IMG/VR virus record: IMGVR_UViG_3300024268_000023
From: a virus
Taxonomy: Duplodnaviria > Heunggongvirae > Uroviricota > Caudoviricetes
Length of the DNA: 64,000 nt
Strand: one strand, 5' to 3'
Shown: one piece after another, positions 19,125-29,400 of the stretch
Position numbering within the stretch: the first letter of the stretch is position 1
Layout of the letters: each line of letters begins with the position of its first letter
Translations under genes and position numbers: made by a program
The notes under the pieces: generated by a model
Database searches by the model: none
What the model saw: only the letters and a program-made list of their open reading frames with translations
What the model was told of the DNA's origin: nothing

Positions 19125-20147
19125 ATGACTGTAGAAGGAATTATCAATCTTGCTCTCGACCTTAATGCAGGTTACGAGACTTTCTCTGAAGACGACAAAA
19201 CTGTTGAAAGAGCAGAAGCCGTCAATAACCTCCGTGAAGCACTTGTTGCTGCAAACGGTGGTTCCACTGTATTTAACTATCGTACTTTCCGTAGAAACAA
19301 AACTGAACTCTTTGAAATTATTGAACAGCTTGTAGACGTTATCACTGAAGATGCATTTGCTAAAAACAACTTCTTCAACAACTGCGTTGATTGGATCAAT
19401 ATTAAAAAAGGCGACAAAAATGAATTTATCGTTCCCGAAGAATCTGACTTTATCGTTTGTGATACTGCTGATGGTATTAACACTCCTCGTAGACAGAGAC
19501 TCTCCAGCGGTAGAACCAGTCTTTCCACCAGTCTTCACACTATTCGTATGTATGACGAATTCTCTCGTTTTATGGCTGGTCGTATTGACTGGAATGCACT
19601 TTGCGAAAAAGTTGCAGCAGCATTCCTCAAAGATGTATGGTTTTCCATTTATGCAGCTCTTGAAGGTGTAACCGAAGCAACTCGTGGTATGGCTGGCAAT
19701 GGTGCAAAATATGTTTATGCTGGCAACTTTGATGAAGATGAACTTCTTACTCTTTGTGCTCATGTAGAAGCTGCAACTGGCGCTGCTCCTGTAATTGTTG
19801 GTACCACTGCTGCTCTTAAAAATTGCCAGGTTCAGAATATGCCCGAACAGGCTAAACAGGAAATGTACAATGGTGGCTATTATGGCAAATTCTATGGCTA
19901 TGACATGGTTAAAGTTCCGCAGATTCATAAAGGCAAAACTGATGAATTTGCATTTAACGACAAAATTCTCCATATTATTGCTGGCGGCCAGAAATTCATT
20001 AAATTTGTTGATGAAGGCGAAACTTATATCCTTGAAAAAGGCAATGAAGTTAACGCAGACCGCACCGTTGAATATCTCATGGAGAGACAGTATGGTGTTG
20101 GCCTTATTATTGTAAATCATTGCTACGGCAAATACAGCATTGTCTAA
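19125..20147 (+). CDS. Major capsid protein
   Basis: 340 aa, synteny, strong RBS AAGGAGG, strongly biased codons. Confidence 0.8.
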   Translation: MTVEGIINLALDLNAGYETFSEDDKTVERAEAVNNLREALVAANGGSTVFNYRTFRRNKTELFEIIEQLVDVITEDAFAKNNFFNNCVDWINIKKGDKNEFIVPEESDFIVCDTADGINTPRRQRLSSGRTSLSTSLHTIRMYDEFSRFMAGRIDWNALCEKVAAAFLKDVWFSIYAALEGVTEATRGMAGNGAKYVYAGNFDEDELLTLCAHVEAATGAAPVIVGTTAALKNCQVQNMPEQAKQEMYNGGYYGKFYGYDMVKVPQIHKGKTDEFAFNDKILHIIAGGQKFIKFVDEGETYILEKGNEVNADRTVEYLMERQYGVGLIIVNHCYGKYSIV

Positions 20148-20181
20148 TTTGAATTTTTGGAATAAAAGGAGTTAAAGTATA

Positions 20182-20769
20182 ATGGCTGAAACCAAAAAAA
20201 GAACTAAAAGAGTAGCCGAACAGGCTGCAGTAGAAGCCCCGGCTGAAAAAGCCGAGGCTTCTTTCATTGAAGAAGCAAAATCTGTTGCGGATAATATTGT
20301 AGCTAAAGAAGTTCTCCCTCCGATCACTAATGATTACGTGGTTCAGGTGGCGTCTGCATTTCATGGTCAGCTTATTTTTAAATCTAAAAACACTGGGTTT
20401 AAAATGAGATGGAATGAATTCGGTGAAAGAAATTCTTTTACCGTGAGAGATCTTTTTGATATGAGAAATGGAAGCAGAGAGTTTTTTACTCGCAACCTAA
20501 TCACCATTGAGGATCCAAGGGCAGATGAAGTTTATAAGCTTCTCGGTGTTGACAAATTTTATAATCAGATTCGTTCCGTAGAAGACGTCGATGCGATTAT
20601 TCTCGATGTTGAGACTGAGGAGATGAAAGATGTAATTTCTAATCTTTCTTACAATAACAAAGAAGTTGTAGCAAAGAGAGCATATGAACTCAGAAAAGAA
20701 AATATTCTTGACTCTGCAAAAAGAATTGACGCAATAGAGGAAGCTACTCAGATTAAATTAGAAGAATAA
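20182..20769 (+). CDS. Head-associated hypothetical protein
   Basis: Directly after the capsid gene; RBS AAGGAG. Confidence 0.55.
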   Translation: MAETKKRTKRVAEQAAVEAPAEKAEASFIEEAKSVADNIVAKEVLPPITNDYVVQVASAFHGQLIFKSKNTGFKMRWNEFGERNSFTVRDLFDMRNGSREFFTRNLITIEDPRADEVYKLLGVDKFYNQIRSVEDVDAIILDVETEEMKDVISNLSYNNKEVVAKRAYELRKENILDSAKRIDAIEEATQIKLEE

Positions 20770-20782
20770 AGGAGGAACTTTC

Positions 20783-21220
20783 ATGGAAGGGACTTCCTTT
20801 GAAGAAATCTATGACAGAGCAATAACTCGATTTAAAGATTATACTTGGTTAAAATACTCAGACGAAGATAAAGCGTATTTGCTAAGAAATTATTTGAGTT
20901 TTGCTCAAAGTGATTTTGCTCCTATATGTCTGGAAAATCTTGAAGACTATGATGACGAAAAGGGAGCGTTTAACATAACTCTTTCCAATGCTGTCATTAA
21001 TATCCTCGCCGCAGGTGTTTCTTACTATTGGCTTGATGCGAAAATTATGAACAGCGAGAATTTGAGAAACTATATGTCTACAAAAGATTATACATATTTT
21101 TCTCCGGCGAATTTGCTTAGAGAAATGACAGCACTAAAAGAAATGGCGTGGAAAGAGTATAACCGTCGAATGACTATGTATGGCTATTTTAAAGCTAACA
21201 TCTCCGCTCTTGGGAATTAA
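20783..21220 (+). CDS. Probable head-tail adaptor
   Basis: TSFEEIYDRA start, KDYTYFSPANLL motif, neck position. Confidence 0.6.
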   Translation: MEGTSFEEIYDRAITRFKDYTWLKYSDEDKAYLLRNYLSFAQSDFAPICLENLEDYDDEKGAFNITLSNAVINILAAGVSYYWLDAKIMNSENLRNYMSTKDYTYFSPANLLREMTALKEMAWKEYNRRMTMYGYFKANISALGN

Positions 21221-21227
21221 GGCGGTG

Positions 21228-21539
21228 ATGAAGTTGGAAATAGCGAACTATATAAAACATTTGACAAATCAGATTTTCAAAGCTTTGCCAATGAGACAAG
21301 ATGGGGTTGAGATTGACTTTTTGATGCAACATATGAATAGCGTCTATATCGATGCAATGGGGTTCAGGATGTCTAACCCCGTGCTTTGCGAGGATAGAGA
21401 TTTTCAAACAGTGCTCAATATAGTTGCATATCTTGGTAATAATCTTGTCGATGATGCCACGTGGAAAAGAGAAATCTTTAAAGCCACACACGCTCTTAAC
21501 GACGTAGAAGCTCGATATGGCGGTGATGTAAATGGCTAA
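21228..21539 (+). CDS. Neck-region hypothetical protein
   Basis: Y..LTNQIFKALP motif; position. Confidence 0.55.
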   Translation: MKLEIANYIKHLTNQIFKALPMRQDGVEIDFLMQHMNSVYIDAMGFRMSNPVLCEDRDFQTVLNIVAYLGNNLVDDATWKREIFKATHALNDVEARYGGDVNG

Positions 21540-22536
21540 TTGGAGAGGATATGACCATCTTTTAACCGTAGAAGGTAAAAGCGAACAAGAAAGATCTGTC
21601 AATCACTTGAAAGAAGCTTTCATGGATAGTGTTGCAGAAAGCCCCGGATACGAAGCTCACGCGAAGAGAAACGGAATAGAACAGCCGATGTTACTTAGTC
21701 GAAGCGATGTACAATATAAAGTGAATGCTACAATGATGCCTGGAGACGAATTATTTCCTGGAGATATTGTTGAAGTATATGGAGAGCACTGGATATGTAT
21801 AGAGACAAGAGTAATGAATGTCATTCAAAAAACTGGTTTGCTTTGGCTTTGTAACTATGAATTCAAATGGCAGAATTTTTCCCCGGAAATTTGCTCTTCG
21901 TATGGAGTTTTAGACTCTGGTGTTTATTCAACTACTAAAAACGGTGACGAGCAGTTACAGTATTTAGATAAACAGTTTAAAGTTTATCTTCCGTTTAATG
22001 AAGACACTGAAAAGATATTTGTTGATAAACGAATTGCGACTGGATATGCATATGATGCTCACGGTGAAAAGATTATGACTGTATATTCAGTTACCGGCGT
22101 CGATTATACTTCCAGAAGTTATGGCAAAGGCGCTCATTTACTTATTCTCAACCTTAGGAGCAGCGCTTATAACGCTTCTACTGATAATCTTGAGCTTGGG
22201 ATTTGTGATTATATCGAACAAGAACCTATTCTTCCATGTGCTAAAAAACTCGATTGCAGTATTAAAGGTAGAGGATATTTAAGAACGGGTGGAAAATGTA
22301 CTTTGAAACCAGAGTTTTTGGATGAATATGACAATCCGGTAGAAGGAATTGAGCCCGTTTGGACTGTTGTTGGCGATGTTCCCAACGGGGTTGTTTTAGA
22401 AGACGATGGTAACAACATTGTTCTTAAAGCTTCTAAGCAAACTTATGTCGGATCAAGTGTTGTTGTAACACTTACAGATGTTGACAACAAATACAATGTT
22501 GCTTACAAAGAAATCGAGGTGAAAGCTTATGGCTAA
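21532..22536 (+). CDS. Probable head-closure protein with C-terminal Ig-like domain
   Basis: GDIVE...WICIE, LWLCNYEFKWQ; beta-rich C terminus. Confidence 0.55.
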   Translation: MANWRGYDHLLTVEGKSEQERSVNHLKEAFMDSVAESPGYEAHAKRNGIEQPMLLSRSDVQYKVNATMMPGDELFPGDIVEVYGEHWICIETRVMNVIQKTGLLWLCNYEFKWQNFSPEICSSYGVLDSGVYSTTKNGDEQLQYLDKQFKVYLPFNEDTEKIFVDKRIATGYAYDAHGEKIMTVYSVTGVDYTSRSYGKGAHLLILNLRSSAYNASTDNLELGICDYIEQEPILPCAKKLDCSIKGRGYLRTGGKCTLKPEFLDEYDNPVEGIEPVWTVVGDVPNGVVLEDDGNNIVLKASKQTYVGSSVVVTLTDVDNKYNVAYKEIEVKAYG

Positions 22537-23062
22537 TATGGAACCTCCCTACGATACTTACGTTGATCAACTTATTGAGTATAAGGAAAAAGTAATTGAC
22601 TTGTTAGGGAATAGTCCTGAAATTGTTGCCTTAATTTTGGATAACCCCGATATTGATATGGAAAGCGAAGAAGCTTTAGAAGTTTTTAAGTACCTCTGGG
22701 ATTATGAATATGTGGATGAAACGGTTCAAGCGGCAAAAGCTCATATTATGGTTGAAGCTTCCCGTACTGGTGATAATAACAGCACTTTGCAGAATTTTAA
22801 TATATTTGTTGAAGTAGTTGTAAGTAAAGAGTACATAAAACTTGATCATAAAAAGTTTATAGGTATGAATGGGAACAGGCTGGATAATCTGGCAAGATTC
22901 GTTGATAAATGTCTTAATGGGAACAGCGATTTTGGTATAGGGAAACTTAAGCCGAAAGATATTCGTCCTGTTAATACCCCAAAAATGTTCAGAGGTGTAA
23001 TGCTCACATATAGCCCTGTTGATTTTGGTAGAAATACTGGAATGTTTAAAGGCAGGGGGTAA
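22529..23062 (+). CDS. Probable tail terminator/completion protein
   Basis: Position before tail tube; NRLDNLARFVD..LN...GIGKL. Confidence 0.5.
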   Translation: MANMEPPYDTYVDQLIEYKEKVIDLLGNSPEIVALILDNPDIDMESEEALEVFKYLWDYEYVDETVQAAKAHIMVEASRTGDNNSTLQNFNIFVEVVVSKEYIKLDHKKFIGMNGNRLDNLARFVDKCLNGNSDFGIGKLKPKDIRPVNTPKMFRGVMLTYSPVDFGRNTGMFKGRG

Positions 23063-23069
23063 TACTCCT

Positions 23070-23816
23070 TTGAAAGTTATATCCAGCTTTGATTCAATTT
23101 CTGCAAGAGATATTTATTTGGATGGAATAGGGGTTATACATCAGCCAAGGCTCGAGGAGATTAGAGAAATGGGATTCGATAATTATAGAAATTGTCTTGC
23201 TCTTATTTCGGTTGATATGGATTCACTTGTGAAAATTTTTAAGCTTCCAGAGGGAGAAATTCCAGCGGAATTAGTACCTTTTGATATTTTCTCGATTAAT
23301 GCTAAGACTATGGAAATTCTTTTAAACTCGTTAAGACCGTTTTTTGTCAGTAAGCTTGAATTTTCTGAGAAACATAAAACAATAGTCTCTATTTCAACAA
23401 ACTCAGAAAAACAATTTCTTGGAAAAATTGATAGAGAAAACTTTTCATTAGTTCGAAACGCAATAATGGAAATAAGCGGTTTGGAAGTTAAAGATGATTT
23501 GAACACCAAACCAAAAAATGAAAAAACTAAAAAGATTATGGAGCAATTGTCAAAAGGTAGAGCTAAGTTGGCGGCATCAAAGCGGAACAAGAAAGAAGAG
23601 GAGCGAAATTCTCTTTGGAATATTATTGGAGCAGTCGCGGCCTGCTCAAGCACATATAATCTTACAAATATCTGGCAACTGACGGTTCTGCAGTTATATG
23701 ACCAATTTGCTCGTATAAACAATAGTTTTTATCTTGATATTATGGCAACACGTTGGTGCGCATGGGGAGAAGATAAATTCGACCATGACCCATGGTACAG
23801 TGTTCCAGAGAAATAA
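23070..23816 (+). CDS. Tail-region hypothetical protein
   Basis: TTG after AGGGGG; NIWQLTVLQLYDQF motif. Confidence 0.55.
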   Translation: MKVISSFDSISARDIYLDGIGVIHQPRLEEIREMGFDNYRNCLALISVDMDSLVKIFKLPEGEIPAELVPFDIFSINAKTMEILLNSLRPFFVSKLEFSEKHKTIVSISTNSEKQFLGKIDRENFSLVRNAIMEISGLEVKDDLNTKPKNEKTKKIMEQLSKGRAKLAASKRNKKEEERNSLWNIIGAVAACSSTYNLTNIWQLTVLQLYDQFARINNSFYLDIMATRWCAWGEDKFDHDPWYSVPEK

Positions 23817-23844
23817 AAGCCTCGTTTGATGAGGCTTATTTTTA
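23817..23844 (+). terminator. Hairpin/terminator
   Basis: AAGCCTC-GTTTGAT-GAGGCTT-ATTTTT. Confidence 0.6.
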
Positions 23845-23870
23845 TGTGATTTTATAAGGAGGAAACGCAC

Positions 23871-24572
23871 ATGTCTGTTAATATGGCTAACCGCGAAGTT
23901 TGCAATGCAATCTTTAGAGATTATGCAACTAAAAAACCGGTTCTTTATGTAGACTATGCAAACACTACCACCACTGAAATCACCGGCGAAAATACTCCCG
24001 CTTATGGCGGATGGGGCCATCCTAAACGTATTATTTTCAGCGGTGAAAAAGGCGGTACTATTGCTTTTGAATTCCAGGTAGCACCTTTCCAGCTTTATGC
24101 TCTTATGTCTGGTGCAGAAGTCAAGAATGAAGCAAAACTTGTTGTACGTGAAGTAATCACGTGCGTAGAAGCGAGCAAACTTCCGGGCATTACCGACGCT
24201 GACCTTTTCAGCATTTTTGCCGAAGGGGACGATCTTGGTACCGAAGTTCAGCTTGCAACTGTTGAAGCTGACAAAAAATATATTGTCTATCATGAAAAAA
24301 CTGTAACAGGAACTGCCGGCTCTGTTCAATATCTTCATATTGATACCAAAACTTTCCCGAAAGCACTTTCTATTGATGCAGATACGATTTATAAAACTGA
24401 AGATGAAGATGAAGTCGCAATGCATCTTCGTGTTTATAAATGCCAGCCTCAGCCTCAGTTTACTCTTACTCATGCAAACTCTGGCGATCCCGGCACTATC
24501 ACTCTTACCTGCGATCTTATGGCAGACGAGGAAGGTAACTTTATCGATCTCATTGCTATTGATGAAGATTGA
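23871..24572 (+). CDS. Major tail (tube) protein
   Basis: ANREVCN...YANTTTTEITGE...GGWG; C-terminal GDPGTITLTCD; highly-expressed-type codons. Confidence 0.75.
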   Translation: MSVNMANREVCNAIFRDYATKKPVLYVDYANTTTTEITGENTPAYGGWGHPKRIIFSGEKGGTIAFEFQVAPFQLYALMSGAEVKNEAKLVVREVITCVEASKLPGITDADLFSIFAEGDDLGTEVQLATVEADKKYIVYHEKTVTGTAGSVQYLHIDTKTFPKALSIDADTIYKTEDEDEVAMHLRVYKCQPQPQFTLTHANSGDPGTITLTCDLMADEEGNFIDLIAIDED

Positions 24573-24581
24573 TAGCTATTT

Positions 24582-24612
24582 AAAAGGGAGAGCTTTTGCT
24601 CTCCCTTTTGTT
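24582..24612 (+). terminator. Intrinsic terminator (possibly bidirectional)
   Basis: AAAAGGGAGAGC-TTTT-GCTCTCCCTTTT. Confidence 0.85.
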
Positions 24613-24625
24613 TGGAGAAATTGAA

Positions 24626-25105
24626 ATGAAACTATTAAGTTTTGACCAGGCGATGAATTTGACTGGTTATGCAGTTTTTACAAAATCAAAATTGAAAAAG
24701 TTCGGGCTTATAGATTGCCATAACCTATCTGGAGATGAGCGTCTTCAAAAAATGATTTCTGAAATTTATGCGCTTATAGATTTAACTAAACCTGATTTTG
24801 TTGTAGTTGAGAATGTTCAAAGTCAGGCGAATATGCAAGCCGTAATAATGTTGGCACGGTTGCAAGGTGCCATCATTGGATATTGTTTTAAAAAGAATAT
24901 CCCTTGGAAAATGTATTTACCTACACAGTGGCGTAAATTAATCGGAATCAGACAAGGTAAAGGCATTAAAAGAGCAGAACTGAAAGCTCAATCTTTAGAA
25001 TTTGTAAAAACAATTACGAAAGAACCTGTTAACGAGGATGTAGCTGAGGCTATCTCGATAGGGTGTGCATATTTAAAGGAATTAAAGGATTTAGAGGAGA
25101 AGTAA
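24626..25105 (+). CDS. ruvC: RuvC-like Holliday junction resolvase
   Basis: LSFDQ..TGYAV, VVVE, EDVAEAISIG acidic triad pattern. Confidence 0.75.
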   Translation: MKLLSFDQAMNLTGYAVFTKSKLKKFGLIDCHNLSGDERLQKMISEIYALIDLTKPDFVVVENVQSQANMQAVIMLARLQGAIIGYCFKKNIPWKMYLPTQWRKLIGIRQGKGIKRAELKAQSLEFVKTITKEPVNEDVAEAISIGCAYLKELKDLEEK

Positions 25106-25107
25106 TT

Positions 25108-25770
25108 ATGACTAAAAAAGAAATTAAAGCGGCACAGGCAGAATTTCACGCTTTTATTAAATCTCAACAGAAACCAGAAGTAGAAGCAAATATTGCTTTT
25201 ATGGATGGAGACAAAGAACGACTTATTCCGGTAACAATCAAACAGAGACTTTCTGCAGAGGATAAGATTATGTTTGTAAACAGAGCTGTTGGTTTTTGTG
25301 TAGATGAAGATTTCGATGAGATTTATCCAACTAATTTAAACCTTGGATTTAAAATGGCTCTTGTGGAATTTTACACGGATATAAAAACGAGAGCAAAAGA
25401 AGAAGATTTCGTTGAGTTCGTTAATGATTTTGACATTGCGCAATTTTTATGCGATGAAACGGCAGGAGAAGTGCTGGAGGAAATTAAACTTATGCGCGCA
25501 ATGTGTGAAGATGAACTTAAATGGAGACAACGCCAGATGCTTAACAATCATGGGGTTAACGGCGTTTTTATTAAACTTGAGAATCTTCTTGATAAAATTG
25601 ATATGGCAGTGGATTCGGTGGGCGGCTATATGGGAGAAGATAAACTCAACGAGCTTCTTGATGCTGTAAAAACTGTAGCAGAAGCTCCTGAAAAGGTTTC
25701 TGAAAAAATTATTGAAACCGAGCGTGCTCGTGCTGCAGCGGCTGCTGAAAAAGAAAATACAGAAGAATAA
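25108..25770 (+). CDS. Hypothetical protein (possible tail assembly chaperone)
   Basis: Position before tape measure; helical and acidic. Confidence 0.45.
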   Translation: MTKKEIKAAQAEFHAFIKSQQKPEVEANIAFMDGDKERLIPVTIKQRLSAEDKIMFVNRAVGFCVDEDFDEIYPTNLNLGFKMALVEFYTDIKTRAKEEDFVEFVNDFDIAQFLCDETAGEVLEEIKLMRAMCEDELKWRQRQMLNNHGVNGVFIKLENLLDKIDMAVDSVGGYMGEDKLNELLDAVKTVAEAPEKVSEKIIETERARAAAAAEKENTEE

Positions 25771-25777
25771 TTTTTTG

Positions 25778-25808
25778 GGAGGTAACTGGAAACTGTTACC
25801 TCCTTTTA
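25778..25808 (+). terminator. Intrinsic terminator
   Basis: GGAGGTAAC-TGGAAACT-GTTACCTCC-TTTT. Confidence 0.8.
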
Positions 25809-25820
25809 TTCATTTTAGGA

Positions 25821-26381
25821 GTGAAATCAATGGCTTATAGTGCTATGGATTATCAAAGAATGGTTGAAGAATATGTCAATTCTCCGGCGGGTAGAAAATT
25901 TTTAAAAACACAAAAGAATATTATTGTTGGATACACAGAAGCAGAAGCATTGATGATAGCTGAGAATTTAAAGAAAGATATTGTTGCGGCATATTTGAAC
26001 ATAGTCGAAGATCCTAATGCCAACGTACTTTTAAATGAAGATTTAATATATGTTAAAGCTTTTTATTTAAAGAATCAGTTGAGAATGAGGATTCTTTTTC
26101 ATAGTTACGTTTTGTCGAGGCCTTCTTTGTTCGGAAGAGGCGGTAAGCAAGTCGGTACGGGGCTTTATGATATTATCGGCTTTTTTACCCAAGGAAATCC
26201 CGGTAGTAAGCCAGTATATGGTTATTGGGAGGCCTTGGAAGAAGAATATGATAATGGCTGGATTCGAGGCCGAACTTATTTGGCCCCAAATCCCTTTATT
26301 AATGATGTTATTAATTCTTATAAAACAAGATATCCTGATGTGATATTTCAGTGGCCCGTAGAGTGGGGCGGAAATAGTTAA
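25821..26381 (+). CDS. Hypothetical protein preceding the tape measure
   Basis: 186-aa ORF, GTG start. Confidence 0.55.
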   Translation: MKSMAYSAMDYQRMVEEYVNSPAGRKFLKTQKNIIVGYTEAEALMIAENLKKDIVAAYLNIVEDPNANVLLNEDLIYVKAFYLKNQLRMRILFHSYVLSRPSLFGRGGKQVGTGLYDIIGFFTQGNPGSKPVYGYWEALEEEYDNGWIRGRTYLAPNPFINDVINSYKTRYPDVIFQWPVEWGGNS

Positions 26382-26401
26382 AACAAAGGGCAGGTGATTA
26401 A

Positions 26402-29400
26402 ATGGCTGGATCTCAACAGATAGATTTGCTGTTTGGGGTTAAAGGTGGAGGCAATCCAAGCGGAGCCTCTGGTGCAAGAATACAAGGCCAAATAAACAGC
26501 ATAGTAGGCGGTATAAAACCAATTGAGATAAAAGTCAATTATACTGCCTTATTAAGGGTGCATAAACAACTCGAGCAACTTTCAGCGCAAATAGATGCTA
26601 TTAATGCAAAGCCTTTAAAGATAGCTGCTGGTGGAAATGCTATTTTTAATATAAAAAATAGCGGTGGAGTGCTTAGCGAAGCGGAAACACTCTACAAACA
26701 AATACAGAGAATCTCTAGTGGGCTCCCGGCAGCAGAAGCTAGGGTAGCTGGGTTTAATAAACAGCTAGCTCAAACAAAAATAGTTGCTTCAGATTTAACG
26801 CGAGTAAAAAGCCTTATAGGCCCCCTTTTAAATAAACAAGGAACTTTAATCAGTTTCAGCGGTGCAAAGACTCATCTTGATGAAATGCGCAATATAGTAG
26901 GTGCCTATGGGCAGTACATTAAACACGTAAAAGCAGCTGCTACTGCCAATAAGCATCATAATCTTGCAATTAAAAATGCAGATGCGAATTTGAGGGCTAT
27001 GTACAGTAGCTTGAAATCTAATGTAAATAGCCTTGGTAGAAATAAAACAAAGCTGTTAAATATGGATGATACGATTCCAGAGGTTAAACAAGCAAAAACC
27101 TTAATTGCTTCTTTGGAGGCAGAGGTTGTAAAGTTTAAAACAACGGCCGGAACAGTAAAGCCTATAAATTTTTTTGGGAATAATCTTGCTAACAGTAATG
27201 CAATGAAGGCGTTTTTGTCCTCATCTGATTTGCAGAAACTCCCAGCGGCTATGGCTGCAGCAACGAAAGCTAATAAATCATATGGAAAGTCTGTAGTGAG
27301 CTTAGAGACACAAATTAAGAAAGCTCAAAGATTAATCAATAATTTTGGAAGTAAGAAGGCAAAATTATTTAGTTTAGATAAAGAATTAGCGGAAACAAAA
27401 GAGTATAAACGAGTATTAATTGAATTGCAAAACTTAGCAAAAGGTTTTACAATGCGTGGGAAAGTAATTCCTGCTGTTAATATGGGTGCTCAAGAAGTTG
27501 CGAAACTTAAACAATATTTACAACTGTATGATCTTTTGCCCGCAAAAATAAACGCAGCAAATGCGGCAACTCGTAAACTAAAAATAAGCGCAAATGAACA
27601 TCTGTCGGCATCAAAAATGCTTAACCAAGTTTGGGGTTCTTTTAACAAATTTCCGGGGATTGATAGATTCCAAGATATTAAAAAAGATTATGTTAGTCTA
27701 ATAAACGAACTTACCAATAAAACAAGGCTTAATAATAAAGAAGCAGCGCTCTATGCGAGGAGATTAAAGGATATAGAAAATAGAGCCTACGATGCTGGAG
27801 CGGGGATGCGAAGCTTTACGCAAAGCCTTAATGCTAAGCTGCTTGAAGAAGTTAGGCATTTGATTAGTAGTTTTGCAACAATGTTTGTAATACAAGGATT
27901 TAGAACTTTGTATCGTAACGTTCTTGAAATCGATACGGCGATGACAGAATTAAAAAAGGTTACAGAACTAACTTCAAAAGAATACGTAGAATTTCTTGAT
28001 GGAGCCTCTGAGCGCGCTAAAAATTTAGGTGCTTCTTTAAAAGAAGTCATTAATGCTACGGCCGATTACTCGAGAATGGGGTTTAGCTTGGCGGATGCGA
28101 CTAAATTAGCCGATAGCGCAATAGTATATCAAAATGTCGGTGATGGATTGCAAGATATCGATGAGGCAACCTCTCATTTGATTAGCACGATGACGGCTTT
28201 TGGCTATACGGCAAGTGATTCAATGCATATTGTGGATATTTTCAACGAGGTTGCAAATAACTACGCGGTAACGGCTGCGGATATTGGTACTGGCATTAAA
28301 AAATCTGCTGCTTCAATGCAAGCAGCAGGGAATTCATTGGAAGAGACGGTGGCTTTATTTACCACTGCTAACACTATCGCTCGAGATGCAGATGTTGTAG
28401 GTACTGCTTTAAAAACGGTTAGCATGCGCCTTCGTTCTACAAAAATTGAGATGGAGGAAGCCGGAGAAGACACTGAAGGAATGGCAAGTACAGTGTCCAA
28501 CCTAAGAGAACAATTACTTGCTTTAACGGGTGTCGACATCCAGCTTGATGATGGAACTTATAAATCAACTTATCAAATGCTTAAAGAAATTTCAGAGGTT
28601 TGGGATGAATTAAGCGATAAGGATCAAGCTGCTATTACTGAAAAGCTATTTGGGAAAAAGCAGGGAAATATCGGCTTGGCAATACTTGAGAATTTTGAAT
28701 TAGCGGATGAGGTGTTGGCTACTGCTCTAGATAGTTCTGGCTCGGCATTAGAAGAAAACGAAAAATACCTCGAATCTATCCAGGGACATTTGGATCAACT
28801 TTCGGCGTCTTTCCAAACTTTTGCACAAAATTTTCTTGACAGTGAATTTGTTAAAACCGTGATAGATCTTCTTAGAGGAATATTGGATTTCTTTAATGAA
28901 ATTATTGTAACAGGAGAAAAAGTTGCAGGAACGTTTGGTCAAACAACGGGCGCGGTTATTTCGTTAACGATGGCATTAATCACATTAGATACTGTTTTTG
29001 GTTTTAAACATGTACAAGGAGCAATTAAAAGTTTAAAAACGTTAAAAATAGCATTGCAAGCCATCATTGGTAAAAAAGCTTTTGCGAATTTTCAGGTATT
29101 TCAAAAATTTGCAAATTCAAACGGCTTGATTCTCTCTAAGACAGAGTCTAAGGCATTGCTGGGGCGAATTAACGGTGTTAAAAAAGCTTTATCTGGATTG
29201 TTTAAATTTATAAAAGGAAACCCATTAGTTACAGGCGCTATTGGTGCAGTTGCAGCTGTCACTATAGGGGCTGTTGTTGCAGGTACGAAAGCCGTCCAAG
29301 AGATAAGTATTGAAAATCAACTTGAAGATATTAAAGAAGCTAAAGATGCATATGACATAGCAACTCGTGAATTAGAGGAATATAATAGTCAACTTGAAAC

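Noticed and set aside
18159-20120. 653-aa minus-strand ORF
   Set aside because: Antisense shadow of the strongly codon-biased capsid genes; no recognisable motifs or RBS. The same applies to other long minus-strand ORFs, e.g. 43156-44091 and 23694-24473
25108-26381. Tail-chaperone programmed -1 frameshift
   Set aside because: No clear slippery heptamer at the end of 25108-25770, and a terminator separates the two ORFs
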